This document shows positions 18,293 through 26,830 of a DNA stretch of 64,000 nucleotides, one piece after another (positions within the stretch are counted from its first letter, which is position 1; each line of letters begins with the position of its first letter). A model generated the notes under the pieces. The model ran no database searches, had not been told where the DNA came from, and was given only the letters and a program-made list of their open reading frames with translations. Both the position numbers and the translations under genes were made by a program. This DNA is from an uncultured Fibrobacterota bacterium (GTDB lineage Bacteria; Fibrobacterota; Chitinivibrionia; Chitinivibrionales; FEN-1185), in assembly GCA_963729895.1 (NCBI GenBank), contig CAVSQB010000022.1, positions 119,971 through 183,970 on the forward strand. Direction: 5' to 3'.

Positions 18293-19042
18293 TTAGAGTT
18301 TTACTTCAAAAATATACTGCCATCTTTTTCCCGTGATGTAAAATGTCCGCGTCTCGGGGTTATAGGCAATGCCGTTAAGCACATTCTGGTTGCTTGGCGC
18401 CGCGTTTTGCGCGACAAGTGATGTGCAATCGATCACCCGGACGACAACGCCGGTCCTTGGCTGGATCACGAAAATGGAGTCGCTAAACCACACATTGGCA
18501 TAGATGAGGCCCTTTGCATACTCGAGCTCGTTGAGCGAACGTAATGGTTTGCCCAAAAAGGTGACCGCAATCTTCCTTTTTATGGCGAACCGCTTATCCC
18601 TTGCGTAAAGAGTATCGCTGCCATTGCTCATGTAAAACAATGTGGAATCGGCAGTGAGCCCCCAGCCTTCGCCAGAATAGGAAAAAGAGCTCTTCAGTTC
18701 AAGCGATGGAAACCTGTAGACGGGCGCTCCTTGTTCGCGCCAGGAAAGCTGCACGAGAGAGGAGTCCATCCTTGCGCATCCTTCGGCAAAAATATCGGGA
18801 ACGGGAATGGTCTTTCGGATGCTACCGTCTTTTGAATCGAGAATGCGCAGGCTCGATTGTCCGTAAAGTCCAGTACTTTCGTATAAGAGCCCCTTGTCAT
18901 AGAACAGGCCCTGCGTGAAGGCTCCCGTGTCATGGGAAATGGTGCGAACGACAACAGGGATGGAACGCGGCATGGTTCCCTCCTGGCCGGAAATCGATAA
19001 ACCAAGGAAGGCGAGCGAAAAGATGACATGCTGGGTTTTCAT
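18293..19042 (-). CDS. glutaminyl-peptide cyclotransferase (beta-propeller glutamine cyclotransferase family)
   Basis: Signal peptide from ATG 19042 (MKTQHVIFSLAFLGLSISG). Motifs ..HDTGAFTQGLFY..LYESTGLYGQSSLR..GEGWGLT..LNELEY..IYANVW..LNGIAY.. . Confidence 0.85.
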   Translation of the reverse strand: MKTQHVIFSLAFLGLSISGQEGTMPRSIPVVVRTISHDTGAFTQGLFYDKGLLYESTGLYGQSSLRILDSKDGSIRKTIPVPDIFAEGCARMDSSLVQLSWREQGAPVYRFPSLELKSSFSYSGEGWGLTADSTLFYMSNGSDTLYARDKRFAIKRKIAVTFLGKPLRSLNELEYAKGLIYANVWFSDSIFVIQPRTGVVVRVIDCTSLVAQNAAPSNQNVLNGIAYNPETRTFYITGKRWQYIFEVKL

Positions 19043-19146
19043 TAAGCCAGAAAATACTATAAATGGTGCAGATCCAATGACCAAAACATTTTGACAATAT
19101 GACACTGGCGATATATTTTTATTTCTTATTTAGTTTCCATGCTTGC

Positions 19147-19222
19147 TGGAGTGTAGCTCAGTCGGCAGAGCAAGTGGCTGTTAACCACTGGGTCGGGGGT
19201 TCGAATCCCTCCACTCCAGCCA
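19147..19222 (+). tRNA. tRNA-Asn (anticodon GTT), CCA encoded
   Basis: Manual cloverleaf. The acceptor TGGAGTG pairs with CACTCCA; D arm is GCTC/GAGC; the anticodon stem AGTGG/CCACT carries loop CTGTTAA (GTT at 19180-19182); T arm is GGGGG-TTCGAAT-CCCTC; discriminator G is followed by CCA. Confidence 0.95.
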
Positions 19223-19371
19223 ATTTTACTATCTCTGGAATACCACGAAGTACTCCCCAAAGTGCTTAAACTGGGCCTGAAATAGATTTTACCCCTTCAG
19301 GCAAATTATTCGACTTCCCCCGAAGACTACCGGTTATTACGAAAATGTGAAAACATGCGTGAAAACATCAA

Positions 19372-19553
19372 GGAATGCAGGTTTGAAAAGGTGTCCTAAC
19401 AACCAGATCTTGACCACCTGATTTTGCCGAAATAGGGTGACACTCCGATTGTAGGTGTTTCTGTGGTACAGAGGCACAGAAGGAGTGTTATCATGGTTAA
19501 GAAGAAGAATAAGAAGGTATTTCCTTCCTCGCGGAATGCAGGTTTGAAAAGGT
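19372..19553. repeat. perfect 21-bp direct repeat GGAATGCAGGTTTGAAAAGGT (19372-19392 and 19533-19553)
   Basis: Read directly from the sequence. The copies are 161 bp apart, and the second ends 7 bp before the left end of the adjacent IS. Confidence 0.85.
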
Positions 19554-19560
19554 AAGGACG

Positions 19561-20860
19561 TGTTGCCTCATAATAAAAGGTAACCGAAGGGTCAGATTCG
19601 ATGCCTCACAAATGAGGTAACCGTAACAAGGTTGAAAATGGTTTTGAGTTTTCTTTCGATAGTCTTTTTTAATTGGAATGGATTGAGAGCACGGTGGGTC
19701 AGTTCAAGGCTTTGCTTGACTTCTGAAGCTATGTAAGGTGATTCAACGATTCTTTGATAGGGAGTTTTCGGTTCTTCATAGGTCTTGCGGTATCGAGATC
19801 CTATCCGGATTTTAGATTTGAGTTTCAGCGATGGACAGAAGTGGTTTTGATAGAGAGACCACTCGTTGGCATAGAGGTCGTTAATGAGGGGAAGCGTGTC
19901 GGGGTTTTCGATCCGATCATAACCAAGCATGTGCCTGGCCTGCGCCCAGTTTTTCTGTTCGACATGGGCGTTGTCGTTTTTCTTGTAGGGACGTGACCGG
20001 GTGAACTTTACAGGGTCTTGTCGCACGGCGAAGTAGCGTTCGAGATGATAGTTGAGGAACTCGGACCCGTTATCACAGTCAAAGCCACGCAGGGCAAAAG
20101 GTATTCGTCGTTCGATGTCTTTAACCTGCTCAATGACACCCTGGGAGCCCTTATTCCACACAGCACGGCCTTCGGTCCAAGCAGTATGGATGTCAGTCAT
20201 GATAAGGCTCCACACAAATTCTCCGGCAAGGCTGGTGCCGCAATGGGCAACCGTATCCGCCTCCATGAATCCAGGCTGGGTAATATCCCAGTTGTCGGTA
20301 CGGATGGGGATTTGATTGCGCAGCATGGAGCCGGGCTTGGTGCCGCACAATCCCTTGCCCATACGCGTACGTAAAGGGCATAGGACGCGGTCAAGCGTGG
20401 AGCGGCTGACAGAGAGGAGCCGCGCACGGACTTCCTCGGAAAGCAGTTCAAAGGATTGTTCGTAGAATGGCAGCCATACTGGAATGACAACCTTAAGGCG
20501 GCGAGAGCACATGAAATCAGAGGCTTTCCAGATGTACTGTAACGCCTTAATAAAAAGCGGTTCAGCATATAAGGGTCTTCTTCCACGCTTGGCTTTTTGT
20601 TTCTGTTTGCGTTTTCCAAGTAGCCGGATAGCGTACTTGCGATTGTATCGGCAAATCGCACAAAACTCATCGAGAATCTGCTTTTTGCCGGCTCTGTTGG
20701 AATGGGCATATCGTTGTCGTATCGCTTCCCGATATGCTTCTTTTTCTTTGTGCCCCATAGTGGTAACCCCCTTTTTTCTTGGGTTACCTTAATTATGAGG
20801 CAACGAATCAATTGGTGCGTGTTTCGATTAAGCCTTCGGTTACATTTAATTTGAGGCAAT
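19561..20860 (-). mobile_element. IS element with a single rve/DDE transposase (IS481- or ISNCY-like; family not resolved)
   Basis: Imperfect ~30-bp terminal inverted repeats: 19561-19590 (TGTTGCCTCATAATAAAAGGTAACCGAAGG) against 20833-20860 (CCTTCGGTTACATTTAATTTGAGGCAAT). There is also an inner subterminal pair at 19601-19623 and 20781-20803. No target duplication was identified. Confidence 0.65.
19592..20758 (-). CDS. integrase-core (rve) DDE transposase
   Basis: 388 aa with an N-terminal HTH-like region. ..FMEADTVAHCG.., ..LRGFDCDNGSEFLN.. and ..DNAHVEQKNW.. are consistent with a DDE triad in an RNase-H fold. Confidence 0.85.
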   Translation of the reverse strand: MGHKEKEAYREAIRQRYAHSNRAGKKQILDEFCAICRYNRKYAIRLLGKRKQKQKAKRGRRPLYAEPLFIKALQYIWKASDFMCSRRLKVVIPVWLPFYEQSFELLSEEVRARLLSVSRSTLDRVLCPLRTRMGKGLCGTKPGSMLRNQIPIRTDNWDITQPGFMEADTVAHCGTSLAGEFVWSLIMTDIHTAWTEGRAVWNKGSQGVIEQVKDIERRIPFALRGFDCDNGSEFLNYHLERYFAVRQDPVKFTRSRPYKKNDNAHVEQKNWAQARHMLGYDRIENPDTLPLINDLYANEWSLYQNHFCPSLKLKSKIRIGSRYRKTYEEPKTPYQRIVESPYIASEVKQSLELTHRALNPFQLKKTIERKLKTIFNLVTVTSFVRHRI

Positions 20861-21124
20861 GCGCTATCTACAATCGTAGATGGATCGTCAGAGGACGCCA
20901 AACGCCCTGTCTTCCCGAGGCAGCATTGGCGGGGAAGGCGTGTGGTGGTCGTCCACGATGAGCGATACATCCGATTCGTGGGTACGACATACTTCTCTTG
21001 AGCGAGCGTAAGCCGCGTTAGTTACGGCATTGGTTACGGTTTCATCAGATAGTTGAAGCAAAGCGGACCAAATAGCCTTATTATTACAGGGAGGCTAATT
21101 TTTGGAGTTCTAAGCGCTTAACAA

Positions 21125-22446
21125 CCTAGCAGGTTGTTGAAATAGTCCTAACAGAAGCGCTCTTGTTGATTTTTTATGAACCTAACTTCAACTTTACATA
21201 TGTCAGAGAGGTTTTACCTGCCTCGTTCCGAGGCATTTCCCCGGATTCCCAGGCCATTCTCATGCTGCCCCCACCGTTTGCGGCATCAACTTAACCATGC
21301 GTATCAAGTTGTACGCTGCGGCAACCACGTAGGCAACAGTCTGGTTGATTCGTATTCCTCTTACCCGAGTTTTCCGCAGGCCACCGACGCTCTTGATCCA
21401 CCCAAATATCTCTTCAACCCGTTTTCGTTTCCTTTGACTTACGCTGTATCCCTTATGCCGAGTCGTTCTTCCATCCAACCCTTTAAGCGAAGTGTTGGCC
21501 TTCTCGGCAATGTGAGGCTTCACGTGCAGGCGTCGCAGGCTCTTGATAAATTCGGTTGCATGATACCCTTTGTCTGCACCCACCGTCTTCATCCGGCGTT
21601 TTCCGCGCCTGCGTTCATGCTTTATCAGCTCAAGCGCCATATCCCGTTCCGCTGTCCCCGTCGCTGGCGCAATGGCGATATCAACACACAACCCATTTCG
21701 GTTTTCCATCAGCACGTGACCGGAATACGCCAGCTGCGCTCCCGTTCTCTTGTTCTTCCGAGCCAACCGCGCCTCTGGATCGGTCGAACTCTGATGTGTC
21801 TCATTGCTTCGCTTCTCATGGTGGAAATCAACCGACGGATTACTCCGATCATCGTCAGTCTTGTTCGCCGATTCCGCGTCTTTTCGCTTGAAGCTCTTCA
21901 TCGATGCCCAGGCTTCAATCAACGTGCCGTCAACCGTGAAATGCTCATCGGACAACAACTCTTCGGAACGAGCAAGACGCACGATTTCCTGCATCAGCCG
22001 GTGCGCAATCTCCTGTTCCATAAGTCGATCTCGGTTCTTCGAAAACACACTATGATCAAACGATGCCGCATCCAGATCCATGTCAAGAAACCATCGGAAC
22101 AGAATGTTATAGTCCAGCATCTCGCAAAACAACCGGTCCGACCGTATCGAAAACAAAGCCATCAATATCTGTGCTTTCAAAAGCCATTCCGGCGGTATCG
22201 AAGGGCGTCCCATCCGGCTGTACATCGCCTCAAAGTCACGAGAAAGGCGGCGCAGCGCTATGTCCGTAAACTGTTTGACACGACGAAGCGGGTGCGTTGC
22301 CGGCACTCGGGAATCCGGAGAAACGAAGCTGAACATACCGCCTTGGGCTGGCTGGGAACCTCTCATCAATACTCCTTGGTTGGGGTTCCCCTATAATATA
22401 AGGATAAATGTTTACAAAAGGGAGACTTTTTCAACACCCTGCTAGG
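21125..22446 (-). mobile_element. IS5-family insertion sequence
   Basis: Terminal inverted repeats CCTAGCAGGTTGTTGAAA (21125-21142) and TTTCAACACCCTGCTAGG (22429-22446) match at 17/18. The outer CTAG on each side (21126-21129, 22442-22445) may be a 4-bp YTAR-type target duplication. Confidence 0.85.
21260..22369 (-). CDS. IS5-family transposase (DDE)
   Basis: 369 aa. ..MGRPSIPPEWLLKAQILMALFSIRSDRLFCEMLDYNILFRWFL.. is a typical IS5/IS1182-type N-terminus, and ..VGADKGYHATEF.. is the DDE region. Confidence 0.9.
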   Translation of the reverse strand: MMRGSQPAQGGMFSFVSPDSRVPATHPLRRVKQFTDIALRRLSRDFEAMYSRMGRPSIPPEWLLKAQILMALFSIRSDRLFCEMLDYNILFRWFLDMDLDAASFDHSVFSKNRDRLMEQEIAHRLMQEIVRLARSEELLSDEHFTVDGTLIEAWASMKSFKRKDAESANKTDDDRSNPSVDFHHEKRSNETHQSSTDPEARLARKNKRTGAQLAYSGHVLMENRNGLCVDIAIAPATGTAERDMALELIKHERRRGKRRMKTVGADKGYHATEFIKSLRRLHVKPHIAEKANTSLKGLDGRTTRHKGYSVSQRKRKRVEEIFGWIKSVGGLRKTRVRGIRINQTVAYVVAAAYNLIRMVKLMPQTVGAA

Positions 22447-22453
22447 AGAGGCG

Positions 22454-23506
22454 GTGGAAATGTTTTGTCCGGCATCTTTGAAAACTGCACCACTGCGCTT
22501 CGCAGCGCTTCTTATGGCTGCCATTTTGACAAACGCAACAGCAGGGGGGTGGAAGCTCTTCTGGTCCGATGAATTCGACAGCACAGCGCTCAACGAGAGT
22601 AACTGGACGGTGGATCCATCAAACAATCCGGACAACGGCGAACAGGAACATTACACAAGCGGACACGATCAGGCAAATTCCAACATATTCGTCAAGAACG
22701 GCTGCTTGATTATCGTTGCAAACAATAACGGCGGAATCACCTCCGGCCGCCTCAACACGGAGAACAAAAGGAACTTTGTGTACGGACGCATGGAGGCTCG
22801 CATGCGCCTTCCCATCACCCAGGGAATGTGGCCCGCGTTCTGGATGCTCGGCTCCAATTTCAGTTCGGTTGGATGGCCGGCATGCGGAGAACTTGACATA
22901 ATGGAAGGAAGGGGGCGGCTGGCGAACTGGACGTCCGGGTCGTACCACTTTCCCGGTTTCGACGTCTTTAACCAGTACACATTACCCACTGGGAACGTTC
23001 ACGACAGTTTCCATATCTATGCCGTGGAGTGGAATACCGATTCTATACGCTGGTTTTGCGACAGCGTGAATTTCGGGACTCTTTGCAGGACCAGCGACCC
23101 GAACCTTCCCTTTGACAACGAATTCTGGTTCATCTTTAACCTTGCCGTGGGCGGCAATTTCGATGGGAACAGTGACAACACCACCATTTTTCCGGAAAGC
23201 CTTATCGTCGACTACCTCCGGGTATACCATTGGGACCAAAGCATGAACGTCGGGGCGCCTGACGTTCGCCGAAGCCTTCCTGGGGCTGCCATCACGAATC
23301 TTGGCACGCGGCTTTCGGTTGAGCTTCCGAGGGAGCAGGTCTATTCAGCTGAAGTCGTTGCTGTAAACGGCGAGACGGTCTTTTACCGGAAAGATTTTGC
23401 CCGATCCTTTTTTATCCCAACGGCCTCGCTTGCAACGGGAGTGTATTTTGTAAATATACGCGGGACGTTCGGACAGTTGAGCAACAGGATTGTTGTCCGG
23501 CGGTAG
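22454..23506 (+). CDS. GH16 beta-glucanase (laminarinase-like) with T9SS-type C-terminal sorting domain
   Basis: ..GWKLFWSDEFD.., the ExDxxE catalytic motif in ..CGELDIMEG.., and ..HIYAVEW.. . The C-terminal ~75 aa (..GVYFVNIRGTFGQLSNRIVVRR) look like a T9SS CTD. The start is GTG 22454 or ATG 22460. Confidence 0.85.
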   Translation: MEMFCPASLKTAPLRFAALLMAAILTNATAGGWKLFWSDEFDSTALNESNWTVDPSNNPDNGEQEHYTSGHDQANSNIFVKNGCLIIVANNNGGITSGRLNTENKRNFVYGRMEARMRLPITQGMWPAFWMLGSNFSSVGWPACGELDIMEGRGRLANWTSGSYHFPGFDVFNQYTLPTGNVHDSFHIYAVEWNTDSIRWFCDSVNFGTLCRTSDPNLPFDNEFWFIFNLAVGGNFDGNSDNTTIFPESLIVDYLRVYHWDQSMNVGAPDVRRSLPGAAITNLGTRLSVELPREQVYSAEVVAVNGETVFYRKDFARSFFIPTASLATGVYFVNIRGTFGQLSNRIVVRR

Positions 23507-23566
23507 TCCGTCTCGGGACGATAGACTTTGCAAACAGTAACAGGAGCGATTGGCGTGGATCCTCAC

Positions 23567-25747
23567 CTATTCCAACACAAACTCCCTGCTGACGCTCCGC
23601 TGATTTGACTCCGCGGTAACAACGTACACACCCTTTGGATAGCCCGAAACATCAATGATTCTGATGCCCGAGGTATTCTTACCGCTTTGATACAATATGC
23701 GACCTTGCGTATTGACTATCATAAGCCTTTCCACCTGTAGGCCGCCCAGATTTACATGCAATTGAGTGCTTGCAGCATTTGGATACATTGCAACGGTTTC
23801 TGCGCGGGTGGCGCTTTTGGTCCGTGCACCGGCGGCGTTTTTTTCGATAAACCGGAAATAGTTGATATTAAACAGATAGCCTGATCCCTTGTAAACCAGA
23901 TAAATGTTTTGCAATCCTTTTGTTAGGGCAATCGGAGCTGTAATAGTTGTGTAGGTATTCCAATCACCTGTACCCGTGACCGCTATAGTTCCGACCAATA
24001 TGCCGGTCAGTCCGCCAAGGCGGATTTCAATGGTTCCGCCACCAGTTGCGCTCGACACTCTGAATTCCGCGCTTTCGGCGCCGGTTGAACCAAAATCCAC
24101 GTTCATGTATGCAGTGTAGTATCCGTCCTGAATGCCGCCAAGCTGGTCGATGCCGCTGACGTCGGCGGTTGGCTCAACTATGACTCCTTTCAAATAATCA
24201 AAGTCTTCCGCTTCAATTGTCGCGTACGCGTTCCGGGTGATTGTTGTAGACAAAGGACAATTGACCATCAGCGAAACTGCCGTGGATGCGCTGAATGCGG
24301 TATAGTGCGCGGTATCGGCGGCCCTGTTTCCCCACAAGGTGCCGATAATATCGCTCGTGTCCCGGTTGTTATAGGCCACTTTCGCGTTGAGTTGCAGCCA
24401 GGGTATGTAGTCGGGCCTGTTTAAGTCCACCACGTAACGACGGGCATACCGCATGAAAATTCCCTTGAAACCGCAGAGATCAGGGCCGTCCTCCGAATTG
24501 ATCACATTCGATTGGAACATGGTGTTTTGAGTATAGCCGGCTATCTTGATCGCGTCGTCGAGATACGCGGTGTCTTTGGTATGATCGTACAGCATCACCG
24601 CAGCGCCCAGATAGGTCCCTTGATTGTAGGTGGAACTCCAGTCGCCCACCGTTCCGTCATAACTGTCGTTCACCTTGCCGGTGCTTCTCACCAGTAAATA
24701 CAGCTTTGACCATGCATATATCTGCGTTGCCTTTGCAAAGTACGTGGTGTCTCCGGTTGCCTGTCCCAGATACATGGCCGCGACCATCGCCGGACCGTTG
24801 ATGCAGGAATTTTTCGTGGTAAGTCCCTCCTCCCACAACAATCCGCCTCCGTATCCGGTGGTCCATGCACGCGCAAACATTTCGTCAAATTGTTGCTTGG
24901 CCTTAGTCAGGTAGGTCTGGTTGCCGGTAAGCAGGCCGGCTCGCACACAGGCGATGACCGCCCAGGTAATATCATCGTTGTAATTATCCCACATCCAGTC
25001 CGCACCCTCTTTGGCGATAAATCCATTGTACATCGCATCGAACATGTCCCTGTATTTGGCAAGGCCGGTTACTTCGTAGGCGTCGTCCACAATTTCCATT
25101 ATCTCCGCAACGCCCCAGAAACCCTCGCCGTTGACATACCCTCCTGTCGCGTCCGTGGAGTAATACTTTGTCTTCCATGCCGAAAAGATCTGGTCCGCGA
25201 TTCCGGCTGTGGGCGCCGCGCTCTGCGATGTTTGCAGTTGAAGCAACCATTGCTGCGCGTCACTGGAATTCGATTGCGATATCTGGACACCGGCGCCATC
25301 AGCATTCGTTCCATTCAACAGATCGAGAAGGAAATTCTGGCTGGCGGCCGTTTTCAATTGATAATAGCCTCCGCCTGCATCAGCGATGCTCCATTCAACC
25401 GTATTGTCATTTGTATTGCCGTTCTGGTCCACATTCACCCCGTTGGCAGGTGTCGCTGCGGCAATGTGCAGCAGTTTGCCGCTCCCAACATTCGTCAATG
25501 TGTAGAGGTTGTTCGCAAGGGAGGTAACGATCCACCGCTCGGCATCCGACTTGGTGTCGGTCCAGGTGTCAACATTCCCGCCGTCGCCCATGGAGGAGTT
25601 GGCGACATCCAGCAATTTGCCGCTTGCTTTGGATGCAAGGGTATAGATTGCGCCGGACGCAACGCCTGCGGTTTGCGAGAAACAAACGCCGCCATTGAAC
25701 AGCACCACAAACAGCAAAAGGAAGACCGGACGAATGAATGATTTCAT
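23567..25747 (-). CDS. ricin-B lectin + GH76 (alpha-1,6-mannanase-like) + CBM6-like + T9SS C-terminal domain protein
   Basis: Signal peptide from ATG 25747 (MKSFIRPVFLLLFVVLFNGGVCFSQ). Ricin-type repeats carry ..ERW/..VEW/..QQW. The GH76-like core reads ..WDNYNDDITWAVIA..GGGLLWEE..YNQGTYLGAAV.. . The CBM6-like region reads ..IEAEDFDY..GDWNTYTT.. . The C-terminus is a beta-sandwich (..GVYVVTAESNQRSVSREFVLE). Confidence 0.8.
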   Translation of the reverse strand: MKSFIRPVFLLLFVVLFNGGVCFSQTAGVASGAIYTLASKASGKLLDVANSSMGDGGNVDTWTDTKSDAERWIVTSLANNLYTLTNVGSGKLLHIAAATPANGVNVDQNGNTNDNTVEWSIADAGGGYYQLKTAASQNFLLDLLNGTNADGAGVQISQSNSSDAQQWLLQLQTSQSAAPTAGIADQIFSAWKTKYYSTDATGGYVNGEGFWGVAEIMEIVDDAYEVTGLAKYRDMFDAMYNGFIAKEGADWMWDNYNDDITWAVIACVRAGLLTGNQTYLTKAKQQFDEMFARAWTTGYGGGLLWEEGLTTKNSCINGPAMVAAMYLGQATGDTTYFAKATQIYAWSKLYLLVRSTGKVNDSYDGTVGDWSSTYNQGTYLGAAVMLYDHTKDTAYLDDAIKIAGYTQNTMFQSNVINSEDGPDLCGFKGIFMRYARRYVVDLNRPDYIPWLQLNAKVAYNNRDTSDIIGTLWGNRAADTAHYTAFSASTAVSLMVNCPLSTTITRNAYATIEAEDFDYLKGVIVEPTADVSGIDQLGGIQDGYYTAYMNVDFGSTGAESAEFRVSSATGGGTIEIRLGGLTGILVGTIAVTGTGDWNTYTTITAPIALTKGLQNIYLVYKGSGYLFNINYFRFIEKNAAGARTKSATRAETVAMYPNAASTQLHVNLGGLQVERLMIVNTQGRILYQSGKNTSGIRIIDVSGYPKGVYVVTAESNQRSVSREFVLE

Positions 25748-26152
25748 ACCTTCCCGTTTCTCGGGCCCGCTGCCGCACCTAAGAATATACAGCGTTTTGT
25801 AAGTGCTGTCCACATTGAAGCGAGGGCAAGAATCATGTACCTCTTCAAGAGCTTGTGGACAAAAGATTGCTGAAATCAAAAGAAGCTTTTTGACTGACCC
25901 GGAGCGAATTATTTGACCACTCCCCAGGCCGCTGGGAAAATGTCATGCATGAAAACATCGGGAATGCAAAGTAGGTAAACTGTCAAGACGTAACGTTGCA
26001 ATCGAAGAACCTCTCAGCAAGCTGCGAGGAAAAGGCCGATGACACAATGTTTAGCGCGAAGCGCTATTACCACACCTTGGGGAATGAAATGACAATCTTC
26101 CATGCTCCAGGAGTAGCCGCGCAAGCGAACCTTCGGGGTTAACGTATGGGAT

Positions 26153-26704
26153 TCAATACCCTTTCAGATTGTCGGTATCTTTGTGTTTGTTTGGGTCTTC
26201 CTTGTCTTCTTTTTCAAAATCGGCGACAGTTTGGTTGTAATCCTTTTCGTCAAGAGATGGGCCTTTTTCTTCGGGATTCAAGATCTCATAATCCATTTCA
26301 TTTTTCTGTTTCTCAAAATCCTCAGGATTTGATCCGTTGAAACCGGTCCTGGCCGACATGATTCCCATGAAGATCAGTTGGTTGAGGTAATACACCTTGT
26401 TTGCCTCGAGATTGATCTTCGCGCATGCCTTGTTCTCCGCATCCGCAATTACATAGTGCGTGCCGGGATCGACTTGGGCGGCAAAGTAACACTTACCCTT
26501 GGTGGTGCCCACGTAGGCTTTGTCCACATAATTATGGATTTCCTTGACAAATCCGTAGCTTGTGCTGCGATAGATGACAAGTGTCGCTTTGGACGGATCA
26601 GGGGCGATTACCGGGCGTGTCTCAACCTTCCTCATATATTGGTTACCGCACCCGGCAAGAAAGAGCATCGACACGGCAATAACACCGACTTTTCGAAACG
26701 ACAT
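26153..26704 (-). CDS. lipoprotein, DUF2846-like
   Basis: 183 aa with lipobox ..MLFLAGC.. and ..ATLVIYRSTS.. in the beta-rich core. The tail is acidic and Lys-rich. Confidence 0.55.
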   Translation of the reverse strand: MSFRKVGVIAVSMLFLAGCGNQYMRKVETRPVIAPDPSKATLVIYRSTSYGFVKEIHNYVDKAYVGTTKGKCYFAAQVDPGTHYVIADAENKACAKINLEANKVYYLNQLIFMGIMSARTGFNGSNPEDFEKQKNEMDYEILNPEEKGPSLDEKDYNQTVADFEKEDKEDPNKHKDTDNLKGY

Positions 26705-26830
26705 AGGACCTCCTTATGGTGGAAAACCCGGGTATGTTGCTTGGCACTGTTCAGTGAAAAAGATACGTTGGCAGGAGTTTCCCGGCAAGAATAATCGGAT
26801 ACAAGCTCGCAAAGGCTTTATGGGAAGCCG

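Noticed and set aside
19361-19556. Mini-ORFs whose C-termini are encoded by the 21-bp direct repeat (..SRNAGLKR).
   Set aside because: They are very short (18-20 codons) and have no RBS. The related copy at 25936-25971 has an indel that breaks the frame, so the conservation is at the nucleotide level, not the peptide level.
19223-21124. Integrated prophage or genomic island at tRNA-Asn.
   Set aside because: No tyrosine or serine integrase, no phage genes and no duplicated tRNA 3' end (att repeat) could be found. Only IS elements and short repeats are present.
21176-22396. 406-aa plus-strand ORF covering the IS5 element.
   Set aside because: It is antisense to a transposase with clear IS5-family motifs. 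Its own translation is Arg/Ser/Pro/His-rich with no recognisable motif. Such long antisense ORFs are common in GC-rich coding DNA.
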